Numbered from the stretch's first letter, positions 29,336 to 41,137 are shown. The stretch is DNA of 64,000 nucleotides from an uncultured Bacillales bacterium (GCA_947648915.1 CANSPQ010000001.1:12429-76428); one strand, 5' to 3'. Notes: generated by a model from the letters alone, not told the origin. Program-made: numbers and translations.

Positions 29336-29680
29336 TTAATGACGATAATGCTTAATATCATCCATCTGTCTATGGAATTCAAAACCAGCACCTAAAGCCG
29401 TATTGATACTCCATATATTATTTTTTTGAATTGCTAAATCGATTGCTTTTACACTTTCCATATTTTCAATCAGAAATTTTCTCGTTTCTTTTAGTATTCT
29501 AATTCCTAACTTATTTCCCCTATAATCCTCGTGCACGGCATAATCTAGTGACAGCACTCCATTGAAATCACACTTTCCTAAATATATGTATCCAATTATG
29601 TTAGAAGCTTGTGCTGCAGGAGAGGATGGAAATACACCAACAATTGCCAATGTGTCCATGTTCCATTGCATAGGCACCAC
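29336..29680 (-). CDS. GNAT-family N-acetyltransferase, short (possibly N-terminally truncated)
   Basis: 114 aa. Motif-A-like HEDYRGNKLGIRIL. Shorter than typical GNATs (over 140 aa). Confidence 0.4.
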   Translation of the reverse strand: MVPMQWNMDTLAIVGVFPSSPAAQASNIIGYIYLGKCDFNGVLSLDYAVHEDYRGNKLGIRILKETRKFLIENMESVKAIDLAIQKNNIWSINTALGAGFEFHRQMDDIKHYRH

Positions 29681-29753
29681 CTCTTGGATTTATACTATAT
29701 CATATTTTTTATAATTTGCAAATTAACCATCCTTTATAGAAATCAAAAAACTT

Positions 29754-30728
29754 TTAGTTTTTATATAATTTTTGAATTTCCATCTCGGTTAGCCCTGTTA
29801 TTTTGGAAATTTCGGTTATATCATATTTCCCGAGTAAATTTCTAGCAATTTCTCTATTTCTCTCTGCAGCACCCTGCTCGATACCCTGTTCAATTCCTTG
29901 TTGTATTCCTTGTTGTATTCCTTGTTGTATTCCTTCTTTTTTCCCTTGCTTTAACCCTTCTTCTATTCCTCGTTTTAATCCTTCCTCTTTCGCATCTTCC
30001 ATAAATGTATTATATTCTAACTCTTGTCTTGTATATGCCAAATATAATGCCACTACTTCTTCATCTGTGCTATACTTATCTACCTCTTCTATTAACTTCT
30101 TTCTTGCCTTTTCTTCCATCTCTATCTCCCCTACCACTTTTTGAAATGCTTCCTTTTTCTGGGTTGTAAATGCAAAACACCATTTTGTTAAGTTGCTTTC
30201 ACTATCAGTATAACATAATTTGCTTCCAATTACCATATCTACAAAGTCAATTCTAAATTTTTCACTTAATATTTTTCCTTCTTCATTTCTGAAATAGTAG
30301 GTTTCTTTTAGTTTGTTACTAGTTCGACAATTGTTTAAATTAATTTGAATGGTTCTTCCTATCTTATTATAACTGTTATCTCCATACTTTAGGTTTCCAG
30401 AATGTATATTACATGCATATATAATATTTCGGTCAATCGTTCCTTGATTTACTTTATTGGATAATTCGATATTGATTTTTTCATCTTCCAATTCTAGGAT
30501 TAAATCTACTTGTTTATTCGCTTCTTGTTTTCCTTCTAGTTGTAAATCTCTTGAACACAGTTTTACTTTCCCTTTTATTTTTTCAAGTGGTATTTCTAGG
30601 TAACAAGATAGAAAATTTTCTACAATATCTATATTTTCGGGGTTATTGAATATTGCTGTAAATACATAATCATATGTTAAGGGGATAATTTTTCCTTCTT
30701 CTAGTTTTTCTTTGCGTACATCTTTCAT
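29754..30728 (-). CDS. Rpn/YhgA-like PD-(D/E)XK nuclease-family 'putative transposase' with C-terminal (GIQQ/GIEQ)n repeat
   Basis: 324 aa. N-terminus PLTYDYVFTAIFNNPENIDIVENFLSCYLEIP...VDLILELEDEKINIELS is the hallmark of the Firmicutes 'putative transposase' (Rpn) family. The C-terminus reads GIQQGIQQGIQQGIEQGIEQG. Confidence 0.6.
   Translation of the reverse strand: MKDVRKEKLEEGKIIPLTYDYVFTAIFNNPENIDIVENFLSCYLEIPLEKIKGKVKLCSRDLQLEGKQEANKQVDLILELEDEKINIELSNKVNQGTIDRNIIYACNIHSGNLKYGDNSYNKIGRTIQINLNNCRTSNKLKETYYFRNEEGKILSEKFRIDFVDMVIGSKLCYTDSESNLTKWCFAFTTQKKEAFQKVVGEIEMEEKARKKLIEEVDKYSTDEEVVALYLAYTRQELEYNTFMEDAKEEGLKRGIEEGLKQGKKEGIQQGIQQGIQQGIEQGIEQGAAERNREIARNLLGKYDITEISKITGLTEMEIQKLYKN
29872..29936. 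repeat. 12-bp in-frame tandem repeat (ccttgttgtatt x3 perfect + 2 degenerate copies) encoding the GIQQ repeats
   Basis: Perfect copies at 29896-29907, 29908-29919 and 29920-29931. Degenerate copies at 29872-29895. Confidence 0.8.
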
Positions 30729-30914
30729 GAGTATTCCTCCAGTTCTTTTAGGAGAATACCATACTTGTTTTTTTCTTACAAATGATACTTTTTCTATTTT
30801 TGATTTCTACTTTTATCATAATTTCATTTTTCTATTATAACAATTTTTTCATTCTAACAAAAAAAACATACAAATGTCTAAATTTGTACATTTTTTAAAA
30901 TTATTTACCTAGCT

Positions 30915-31631
30915 TTATTTTATTTCAAAATATAGCTTTTTAATTTCTTTCGGAGATAACATACGATATTCCCCTGATTTTAACCCTGTTAAATCTAAAA
31001 ACGATATTTTTTCTCTTTTTAATTTTACAACAGAATATCCAATTGCCTCAAACATTTTTTTTACTTGATGATTTTTTCCTTCATGAATTGTCAATTCTAC
31101 AATAGAAGTATCCGTGTTTTTATCATATTTTTTAATACGCGCTTTGGCTTTACTTGTTTTTTGGCCATCTATAATAACACCATTTTGTAGCTGATTGATT
31201 TGTTCTTTCCCAACTAATCCCTTTATTTTTGCAATATACACTTTATCAATATTATTCTTAGGATGCATAAGTGCATTTGCTAGTACACCATCATTTGTAA
31301 GTAATAAAATACCAGTTGTATCATAGTCTAATCTTCCTACTGGATAAATACGCATTTGTGTATCAATTAAATCCACTACTGTTTTTCTATTTTTATCATC
31401 ATTGGTAGTCGTTACAACACCACGGGGTTTATACAATAAAAAGTAAACTTTTTGTTCCTCTTTTTGTAAGATATTCCCATCGATTTCAATTAGATCTGTA
31501 GTATTTACTTTTGTGCCAAGCTCATATATTGTAACTCCATTCACTTTCACTTTTCCATTTTGAATCAATTCTTCTGCTTTTCTTCTTGAAGTATAACCAC
31601 TATTCGCTATTATCTTTTGCAATCTCTCCAT
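30915..31631 (-). CDS. RsuA/RluB-family rRNA pseudouridine synthase (S4 domain + catalytic domain)
   Basis: 238 aa. S4 N-terminus (IANSGYTSRRKAEELIQNGKVKVNG). Motif RLDYDTTGILLLTNDG. Confidence 0.65.
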   Translation of the reverse strand: MERLQKIIANSGYTSRRKAEELIQNGKVKVNGVTIYELGTKVNTTDLIEIDGNILQKEEQKVYFLLYKPRGVVTTTNDDKNRKTVVDLIDTQMRIYPVGRLDYDTTGILLLTNDGVLANALMHPKNNIDKVYIAKIKGLVGKEQINQLQNGVIIDGQKTSKAKARIKKYDKNTDTSIVELTIHEGKNHQVKKMFEAIGYSVVKLKREKISFLDLTGLKSGEYRMLSPKEIKKLYFEIK

Positions 31632-31753
31632 ATCGTTTCACCTATGGCTTATTATACCTAAGTTTATCTTGAATTGCAATGTAGCAAAATTCTATTTTGG
31701 TTTTCTTTACAGAAAAGTATATTTTTGCAAGAAAAAAGATGGTTGCATCCATC

Positions 31754-32245
31754 TTATGATAACTTTTTTGCATTATCAAATTCTAGTTTTCTATTTTTTA
31801 CAAAGACGTTTCCGATAACAACTCCATAATCAACTTGATAAATGCCTTGTGAAGTCATCTGTACTCCTATTTTATCCCAACAAGAGTGATTAGCAGTCTC
31901 ATCTTTTGACATTATACTCTTCATAAAGAAGCGCATTCCTTCTTCTTGATCATAACGACAAATTGGTTTTAGATAACCTCTACTTGGAAGGAATCCAATA
32001 TAGTTTATATTAGAAGATATATCATCTGGATAACCCGTCATCGTAGTTTGAACCTCTACCAGTTTTCCAGTTTCAATCATGCAATCTTCCTGTACAACAA
32101 TCTGATAGCAATCTGGAATAGATGTCATTAATACTTGAGCAAAATTTCTTATTTCTTCTATTTTACATTTTAAAGTAAGTAAGTCCTGATATCTATGGTT
32201 TTTATTTCGCATATTTTCATACAAATACATTAGTTCATCCAACAT
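31754..32245 (-). CDS. Hypothetical protein (163 aa)
   Basis: Uninterrupted ORF with no recognisable motif. Confidence 0.35.
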   Translation of the reverse strand: MLDELMYLYENMRNKNHRYQDLLTLKCKIEEIRNFAQVLMTSIPDCYQIVVQEDCMIETGKLVEVQTTMTGYPDDISSNINYIGFLPSRGYLKPICRYDQEEGMRFFMKSIMSKDETANHSCWDKIGVQMTSQGIYQVDYGVVIGNVFVKNRKLEFDNAKKLS

Positions 32246-32337
32246 ATTAATATAAGAAGTTTTTCTTTCTTTGACACAAAAATCACCCTTTTGCGTTCAC
32301 TATTGTATAGCAATTTCAATAAGAAGTCAATTTGATT

Positions 32338-32781
32338 TTATTCACAAGTATAACCACTTGTCTCTAATTCTTTCTTGGCATCTTTTAGTGATTGTCTCAC
32401 ACTACCAATACTCAGCTCTTTTTTTGCATCTTTATCCATCTTTTTCAAGTTCGCATTAATTATGACAGATAAAACATGGTCCGTACTTGTTGTATGATAC
32501 TCGATTCCTTTTTTTCCTTCTAAATTAGCATATTGTTCTCTCCATGTTTTGGAAAATTCATCTATATAATTTGTATAACTACCCGATATCTCTATTTCAG
32601 AATAAATAGACATATATGTCACCTCATTACCTTTGAATGTAATATTTAAAGATTCCATTAATTCTAAGTTTTCAGATGAAGTTTCAGTTTTAGTACAATG
32701 TAGTTTTTGTGTTTTACTACATCCTGTGAGTAAAACTATCATAACAAATACTAAACTGTATAATACGGCTTTTTTCATCAT
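32338..32781 (-). CDS. Lipoprotein (~147 aa)
   Basis: MMKKAVLYSLVFVMIVLLTGCSK lipobox. GGAGG RBS upstream of a tandem ATG-ATG. The ORF-track start (32799) lies further upstream and lacks an RBS. Confidence 0.5.
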   Translation of the reverse strand: MMKKAVLYSLVFVMIVLLTGCSKTQKLHCTKTETSSENLELMESLNITFKGNEVTYMSIYSEIEISGSYTNYIDEFSKTWREQYANLEGKKGIEYHTTSTDHVLSVIINANLKKMDKDAKKELSIGSVRQSLKDAKKELETSGYTCE

Positions 32782-32829
32782 AATTCCTCCGTAGCTCAAT
32801 TATAACGCAAATTATACTTGCAGTCAATT

Positions 32830-33354
32830 TCATCCAAAAAAGCAATTTACTATTATAATAGCGGAGACAATTCCGATCACATCGGCAGCAAGCCCAGCCC
32901 ATAAGGAATATCTTATTTTTTTAATTCCAATACTTCCAAAATAAAGTGTGAGGATGTAAAAGGTCGTATCAGTAGATCCCTGTATGACTGATCCCAGTCT
33001 TCCAATCAAACTATCAGGTCCATAAGTAGCAAAAAGGTTATTTAAAATTGCCAAAGAAGAACTACCTGAAATGGGTCTTAATAACATCATCGGAAATATC
33101 TCTGTTGGAATATTTAATTGAGAAAAAGCCGGTTTGAGCAGTGCAAATACATAATTTAAAATGTCGCTTTTTAGAAATAGATTAATTCCAAAAATCATTC
33201 CCAACAAACAAGGAAACATTGTAAATACCATGTCAAAACTTTCAGTCGCACCTTCTACAAATACATCATACACATTTACTTTTTTGAAAATTCCATAAAG
33301 TACAACAATAAGTACTAATAATGGAATCACATAACTTGAAATTTGTTCTATCAT
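32830..33354 (-). CDS. spmB: Spore maturation protein B (nucleoside-recognition/Gate domain)
   Basis: 174 aa polytopic. Adjacent to the spmA-like and dacB genes, in the same order as B. subtilis dacB-spmA-spmB. Confidence 0.6.
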   Translation of the reverse strand: MIEQISSYVIPLLVLIVVLYGIFKKVNVYDVFVEGATESFDMVFTMFPCLLGMIFGINLFLKSDILNYVFALLKPAFSQLNIPTEIFPMMLLRPISGSSSLAILNNLFATYGPDSLIGRLGSVIQGSTDTTFYILTLYFGSIGIKKIRYSLWAGLAADVIGIVSAIIIVNCFFG

Positions 33355-33357
33355 AAG

Positions 33358-33933
33358 CTACCTTCTTTTTGCAAGTATACGATCAATAATAAGACCTCCT
33401 ATCGTAGAAATTAAAGTTGCTAGAATGCATGCGAATACAACTTCCGTTGGATTTTGACTGCCATACATCATACGTAGGGAAATGATTGTAGTTGGAATAA
33501 TCGTCACACCACTTGTATTGAGTACTAAAAATGTAATCATACTCCTTGATGCAGTATCTTTCTTGTCATTTAAAGTTTGTAATGACTTCATGGCTTTTAA
33601 GCCAAATGGTGTAGCCGCATTACCGAGTCCAAACATATTGGCTGTGATATTGGATGCAATTAAACTTAAGGATTCGTGCCCTTTTGGAATCTCTGGAAAT
33701 AATTTCTGCAATAGTGGAGAAAGGGCATGTGATAATTTACTGAGTAATCCCGAAGCTGTTGCGATGTTCATAATTCCTAACCAAAGTGCCATTACTGGAA
33801 ATATTTTAATGATCATATCTAAACTACTCTTGGTACTCTCTAGTATTTCGTTATTTAAGACATCCACTTTACCTGTTACAAGACATACTACTACACCTAT
33901 TATAATGAGAAAACCCCATATTTTATTTACCAT
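33358..33933 (-). CDS. spmA: Spore maturation protein A
   Basis: 191 aa polytopic (MVNKIWGFLIIIGVVVCLVTGKVDVLN...). Overlaps the dacB stop by 7 nt. Confidence 0.6.
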   Translation of the reverse strand: MVNKIWGFLIIIGVVVCLVTGKVDVLNNEILESTKSSLDMIIKIFPVMALWLGIMNIATASGLLSKLSHALSPLLQKLFPEIPKGHESLSLIASNITANMFGLGNAATPFGLKAMKSLQTLNDKKDTASRSMITFLVLNTSGVTIIPTTIISLRMMYGSQNPTEVVFACILATLISTIGGLIIDRILAKRR

Positions 33934-35018
33934 AAGTTTTTAAACCATTCCTTTAGTTTTGTAAAGAAGCCTTTTTTTGGTTTTTCAGGTTGAGATGCAT
34001 AAATAGGCTCTGTTCTCACCTCTTTATCACCTAAGTATAAATGGATGGTTCCAATTTCCGTTTCTTCTTTTATATTTTTATTTTTAATAAATTGGTACTC
34101 TATGTTTAATGTATCTTTCTCACATTCTTGAAGTGGATAAGAAATATTGTTTTTAATGTATACTTTATAGTTTTTATAGTATTCATCTTCTATTTCTAAC
34201 GTTCCTTTTTTTAATACTTGATAATTTTTATAATTAGAAAAACCATATTCAAATAAATTTTTGTGATCTAGAAAATCATTCCCATCATTTAATGTAACAA
34301 CAACTAAATTAAGATTATCTTTAGAGGCACTCGTAATAAGAGTACGTCTTGCCTTTTTTGTAAACCCAGTTTTTCCTCCTGTTGTATATTTATATTGACT
34401 GATTAGCTTATTTTTATTATACCAAATGTAGGTATTCATATTTGTTTTTAGTTTATATTTATTGGTTCCTGTAATTTTTGCAAATTCGGGATTCTGCATT
34501 GCATAACTCATTAAAATCGCCATATCATGAGCAGTGGAATAGTTACCTTCTTCCTCATCATCAAGACCATTGGGATTATAGAAAGTCGTATCTTTCATTC
34601 CAAGTTCTACTGCTTTTTGATTCATTTGATTTACAAATTCGTCGACACTACCTGCTACATGGTGCGCAATGGCTAAAGAAGCATCATTCCCACTCCGTAA
34701 CATAAGGCCATATACCAAATCTTCTAATGTAAGAACTTCTCCTTTTTTGATGTAAATCCCAGAACCGTGGGCATCGCTGATTTCATCACCAATCGTTATT
34801 TTATTCTTTAGTTTTCCACTTTCTACTGCCAGTATTGCTGTCATCACTTTTGATATACTTGCTACGCTCCTTACCTCATGAATATTTTCTGCATATAAAA
34901 TTCGACCACTATCTTGATCCATTAAAATAGCCGAAGTGGCACTTGTTCCAATCGCTTTTGCAGAAAGTGGAAGACATAAAAGAAACAATAGGACCATTAC
35001 TTTTTTCATACGATTCAC
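33927..35018 (-). CDS. dacB: D-alanyl-D-alanine carboxypeptidase (PBP5* / DacB-type, S11 family)
   Basis: 363 aa. Signal peptide. SxxK (ASISKVMTA), SGN (RSGNDA) and KTG (GGKTGFT) motifs. Confidence 0.7.
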   Translation of the reverse strand: MNRMKKVMVLLFLLCLPLSAKAIGTSATSAILMDQDSGRILYAENIHEVRSVASISKVMTAILAVESGKLKNKITIGDEISDAHGSGIYIKKGEVLTLEDLVYGLMLRSGNDASLAIAHHVAGSVDEFVNQMNQKAVELGMKDTTFYNPNGLDDEEEGNYSTAHDMAILMSYAMQNPEFAKITGTNKYKLKTNMNTYIWYNKNKLISQYKYTTGGKTGFTKKARRTLITSASKDNLNLVVVTLNDGNDFLDHKNLFEYGFSNYKNYQVLKKGTLEIEDEYYKNYKVYIKNNISYPLQECEKDTLNIEYQFIKNKNIKEETEIGTIHLYLGDKEVRTEPIYASQPEKPKKGFFTKLKEWFKNLW

Positions 35019-35101
35019 CTAAAAAAGTATATGAAGAAATGGACAAATTATGCTGAAAAAGATGTTTAAGCATTAAAAAATTCATGTTATTTAGCATGAA
35101 T

Positions 35102-35650
35102 TTAATATACATACATTCCATGAATTTTGCGTTCATCTACATCACTAATTTTATCTAATTTCCACTCATCATCTACCTTTGATAAAGTTAAATCTAGAGT
35201 GTACTTTACTTTGTCTTTTACATCTTTTAATTGTTTTAAGCGATACGTGATAAATTGTGATTTGTCATATTCGCCATTCTCACTTTTGAACTCATCTGGA
35301 TGTTCTTCTAAATATTTATCTGCATCATTCATTGCTTTCGAATAATCTGTTACTTCAATTTCCACTGTCACAGTTGCAGTATCGCCATCTATTTTTTCAT
35401 CTTTCACATCATATTTCAATTCCTTATAATGTTTCTTCATTAATTCTTTATAAGATGCTCGATGTTCCGTATTGAAATTTTCTTCCTCAGCAACAATCTT
35501 ATCTAATTGTGAAATTACTTCATCATCTAATGATTGGTAATTTTCAAAAAACATTTCTACCTTTTTAGTTGGTGTATCCATTAGTTTTTTATTACACCCA
35601 CAACCAGTGAACAATGTAAGTGCAGATAAAATTACAATTAATTTCTTCAT
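35102..35650 (-). CDS. Lipoprotein (182 aa)
   Basis: MKKLIVILSALTLFTGCGC lipobox. Charged soluble domain. Confidence 0.5.
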   Translation of the reverse strand: MKKLIVILSALTLFTGCGCNKKLMDTPTKKVEMFFENYQSLDDEVISQLDKIVAEEENFNTEHRASYKELMKKHYKELKYDVKDEKIDGDTATVTVEIEVTDYSKAMNDADKYLEEHPDEFKSENGEYDKSQFITYRLKQLKDVKDKVKYTLDLTLSKVDDEWKLDKISDVDERKIHGMYVY

Positions 35651-35703
35651 ATATTTCCTCCTTATTACTATTCTGTTAATTATTTTTTAAAATATACAAC
35701 ATA

Positions 35704-36342
35704 TTATTTTGATGTATGAATTAATTGAAAAAATTGATTTAGTTTAGTGGCAATAAAATCAAAGTTTTTCTCTAGACCATTCTCTAAACGAAATAAAATT
35801 TTGTCTTTATTTTCTTCTTTTTCATTGAAGCATTCATAATATAAATATCGCAATTGTTGTAATTCATTTTCTTCTTTTAATTTTTTTAGGTTATGTCGAA
35901 TTGATTTTTCTAGTTCCGCTTCTTTTCTGGTCTTAAATCCAGTATTTTTAGATCTTTTTAATATGTTGTAATTAATCGTTTCTTCTTTCAATCGTGTAAC
36001 CACTTCTAAAACTTCCAATTCTTCATCTACCAATAAATGACTTTTCTCTACATGATTATTTTTAATTAAAACTGCAAGTGTCTCCGAACCATCACTTAAT
36101 AAACAACAGTATTCAATATATTTAATATCTTTCCCTGAAAATAATTCTGTTCGATTCTGAAAGCTTTTTAAAAATTCAGAATCAAAACGAATACTGTTTT
36201 CTTTGATTTCTTTTAATTGATTACTTGTGATTTTAAATAATGGTATTTTTCTTACATTAATAATGTTATCATTGGGATTCCAATCGTAAAAGTCATAAAG
36301 TATTTCGTGAAAATTTAATAAAATATCATATATGTAATTCAT
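35704..36342 (-). CDS. Hypothetical protein (212 aa)
   Basis: ORF with no recognisable motif. Overlaps the upstream small membrane ORF by 17 nt. Confidence 0.35.
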   Translation of the reverse strand: MNYIYDILLNFHEILYDFYDWNPNDNIINVRKIPLFKITSNQLKEIKENSIRFDSEFLKSFQNRTELFSGKDIKYIEYCCLLSDGSETLAVLIKNNHVEKSHLLVDEELEVLEVVTRLKEETINYNILKRSKNTGFKTRKEAELEKSIRHNLKKLKEENELQQLRYLYYECFNEKEENKDKILFRLENGLEKNFDFIATKLNQFFQLIHTSK

Positions 36343-36550
36343 ATTTATGTCCTCCTGGTATAAAGATAGATAAACTAATGAAAAGAATACCTACTAACGC
36401 GATTAAACATTCTATCCTTCTAATTATAAAATTCACATATTCTAGGAAATTATACCCAATTGTGAGCAAATTTAAATAACTTATCATATATACACCACCA
36501 ACTACTGTTAATCCAAATCCGATGAGAAAGAAAAAAATTCGCGCTATCAC
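36326..36550 (-). CDS. Small membrane protein (74 aa, 2 TM)
   Basis: Hydrophobic (FFLIGFGLTVVGGVYMISYLNLLTIGY...). Lies directly downstream of the ligA terminator. Confidence 0.35.
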   Translation of the reverse strand: MIARIFFFLIGFGLTVVGGVYMISYLNLLTIGYNFLEYVNFIIRRIECLIALVGILFISLSIFIPGGHKYELHI

Positions 36551-36619
36551 AGTATCACCTATTTCATTGTATTAAATTTGTTTTAACTTTATTTATAAAA
36601 TAATTTTTAATCACTTAAT

Positions 36620-36641
36620 AAAAAAGGAGATTATTCTCTCC
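36620..36641 (-). terminator. Rho-independent terminator after ligA (GGAGA-loop-TCTCC + U-run on minus strand)
   Basis: Plus strand reads aaaaaaGGAGAttattcTCTCC. On the minus strand the hairpin is followed by a T-run. Lies 85 nt past the ligA stop. Confidence 0.5.
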
Positions 36642-36726
36642 TATTGCAATAAATCTTTCAGATATGGGGCTTTATTTTAACAATTTCGTTATAGCAAACC
36701 ATTTTTATGCAGTCAATCTTTATTTA

Positions 36727-38787
<2,061 letters not shown>

Positions 38788-38842
38788 TTATAGATTAACA
38801 AAATAAAAAATATATGTTATGATAGTTACAGGATGTGATTTT

Positions 38843-39433
38843 ATGGAAGTATTAGATAAAATTCAACCAGACGAGATTAAACCAATAGAGGATATATTGA
38901 CGCAAACATTTGATTCTATTTTACGACAATACAATTCCTTACTATATGCGATTAAGGATAATGCAGGATTAAATGCAATTGGAATTGCAGAAGATGAATT
39001 GTCTAGAAAACATATTGATATTTCTGAATTTCCAAATCGGGATAAATTACAATTTTATATTACACAGTACATACAAAATATACCTATTATTGCTAGATTA
39101 CAGGAACATATTAACAATAATATCTATCCAAGAAACAATAAAAATCATGAGCAAATGAAAAAAGAACTTATGGAGATTCAATTAAATCTTAATGTCAGAA
39201 GAGAACTTTTGCATGCTTCAGAAAATGGAATACAAAAAATACTAATGGAATGGGCAATGATACAATTTATAATTGAAAATCCAACTCGCATTTCCATTTC
39301 TACTATAGAACAATTAATTCAGACTGGATATAACGGTTTGTGTGGAACTCCATTAATGAAAGAAATGTATCAGTTGATTCACCAAAATAATCAACTTAAG
39401 AAAGAACTTAATTTAATCAATAAAGCTAAATAA
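38843..39433 (+). CDS. Hypothetical protein (~196 aa)
   Basis: ORF 38819..39433. The internal start MEVLDKI at 38843 has an AGGATGTGA RBS. It is the only plus-strand gene in this minus-strand block. Confidence 0.4.
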   Translation: MEVLDKIQPDEIKPIEDILTQTFDSILRQYNSLLYAIKDNAGLNAIGIAEDELSRKHIDISEFPNRDKLQFYITQYIQNIPIIARLQEHINNNIYPRNNKNHEQMKKELMEIQLNLNVRRELLHASENGIQKILMEWAMIQFIIENPTRISISTIEQLIQTGYNGLCGTPLMKEMYQLIHQNNQLKKELNLINKAK

Positions 39434-39499
39434 AAGGACCATTAGATCCTTTTATTTATTTATTTATGTAGATTATAAACTACATATTATTACTCTTGT

Positions 39500-40972
39500 T
39501 TATTGAATTTTAAGAAGGCGGGCACTAATAAACTCCCATGATGCAGACGAGTCAACACTACAACTCAAAATATATAAACCAGCATTAGTGCCATTATCAT
39601 AGCCACCACTACCAACAACTATCATATTTCCTTTTTTTGGCCAATAAATGTCACCCACATGAGTGTTCTCATTTTCTAATGTTTCAATTGGTAATGCAAC
39701 TAAAGGATTGTCAGAATCATATCCTATTTTTGATATGTATCCCTCTGTAGCTGCATTCGCATATCCAATAGGTTGATAACATTCATTAAATTTATCTGAT
39801 TCATATTGATTTTTATTATAACAAATATATGTTTGATGGTCCTTGATATTGATTCCATCTATGAATTGAAATACATTTCCAAATATATTCTCTACTCCTC
39901 TATAAATAATTGAACTATTATCTGACCCATCTGCACTTCCAGAATGCATTCCTAAGATATCACATCCTCCACTTGCGATTGGTCCTGTATGTGATGCATT
40001 CGTATATCCTGCTCCTAGTTTTAATTGACTATTATAATCTGCATATTCTACTAAATATAATAATTGTAAGATGAAATAATGATAATCTAGTTGTCCAAAT
40101 TCATTTCCTAAATTAGTGGCATATGTTCTAAATTCAGTAATGGTATGATTTGTGAATGGCTTTACTCCACTCCTACTATGTACTCTAGTTGTATCTCCTG
40201 ACATTGTATATCTTCCTACACTAAATGCTTCACTCTTACTGTATCCTTCTTGGTAGTCTTTGGTAATTGCTATATATTCATATCCATTCTTTTGTACTCT
40301 TTTATAATAAAACTCTGGTATATAAGTTAATACTTCTCCGTTACTTCCATCAAATTTGAAGTTATCTTCTCCATACCATGCAGTTATTGTTTTCGTATCT
40401 GTATTGTAATTATAGGATTTGATATCACCCCATGGATAAATACGATCAAAATCGTTTTGTACAGAAGTTGTTCCCACTTGTGCATTTGCCACTAATCCTA
40501 CTGCATCATCAGTTCGTTCCCATGCACTTGATTCTGTTTCTATTGCTCTTTTGATTCCATATACTTTTGGTGATTCTATTACTACATCTTCTAATGTACA
40601 CGGTTCTTTATCTACTACTTTTGGACTTTCATCATCATAACCTTTTTCAACACAGTATTTTCCATATTTGGCGATAATACGCATCTTTCCATTCTCGCCT
40701 ATTACAAGTGTTCCACTACTTGGTTTTGCTCCTTTATAAGTTAAGATATCACTTGTTAAATCAATTGTTCTTTCGATTTCTTCTCCTTCTAACATCGATT
40801 CTAGTTGATAGTTCTCTGCTGCTTCTAAGATCCCATTTACTGATTCTATCGCTGCTCCTCTTCTTGACTTTTCAATCACATCCATTATCATTGGCGTTGC
40901 GATTAGTGCGATTACTGCTAGTATTACGATTACCGCTAATAATTCTACTAATGTAAATCCTTTTTTCTTCAT
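39500..40972 (-). CDS. Large (490 aa) protein with class-III (type IV pilin) prepilin N-terminus
   Basis: MKKKGFTLVELLAVIVILAVIALIATP has the canonical G|FTLxE prepilin peptidase site and methylation motif. A roughly 450-aa soluble C-terminal domain follows. GAAAGGAAG RBS. Confidence 0.6.
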   Translation of the reverse strand: MKKKGFTLVELLAVIVILAVIALIATPMIMDVIEKSRRGAAIESVNGILEAAENYQLESMLEGEEIERTIDLTSDILTYKGAKPSSGTLVIGENGKMRIIAKYGKYCVEKGYDDESPKVVDKEPCTLEDVVIESPKVYGIKRAIETESSAWERTDDAVGLVANAQVGTTSVQNDFDRIYPWGDIKSYNYNTDTKTITAWYGEDNFKFDGSNGEVLTYIPEFYYKRVQKNGYEYIAITKDYQEGYSKSEAFSVGRYTMSGDTTRVHSRSGVKPFTNHTITEFRTYATNLGNEFGQLDYHYFILQLLYLVEYADYNSQLKLGAGYTNASHTGPIASGGCDILGMHSGSADGSDNSSIIYRGVENIFGNVFQFIDGINIKDHQTYICYNKNQYESDKFNECYQPIGYANAATEGYISKIGYDSDNPLVALPIETLENENTHVGDIYWPKKGNMIVVGSGGYDNGTNAGLYILSCSVDSSASWEFISARLLKIQ

Positions 40973-40993
40973 TCAAATCTTCCTTTCTTTCTT

Positions 40994-41019
40994 AAATAAA
41001 CCATAAAAAAAAGGGGTAT
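40994..41019 (-). terminator. Hairpin GGGG(G5)-TATA-CCCC followed by U9 on the minus strand (terminator of pcrA unit); contains a C9/G9 homopolymer
   Basis: Plus strand a9-GGGGTATACCCCccccc at 40994-41019. The palindrome is GGGGTATACCCC. It lies 22-48 nt upstream of the pilin-like start. Confidence 0.5.
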
Positions 41020-41137
41020 ACCCCCCCCCGTTTACAAATAGCTAACATAATCATTCCCTACTCGCAAACTATTTTACGATTTATTTTGACATTTTTAGTA
41101 TAGCATATCGATTTATCTATTTCAATATTTATTCTGT

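Noticed and set aside
29803-30144. Plus-strand 113-aa ORF with CIPCCIPCC repeats
   Set aside because: It is the antisense reading of the 12-bp tandem repeat in the Rpn-family gene and is not an independent gene.
40708-40956. Plus-strand 82-aa Leu-rich ORF
   Set aside because: It is antisense to the 5' end of the pilin-like gene. The Leu-rich translation mirrors the pilin hydrophobic helix.
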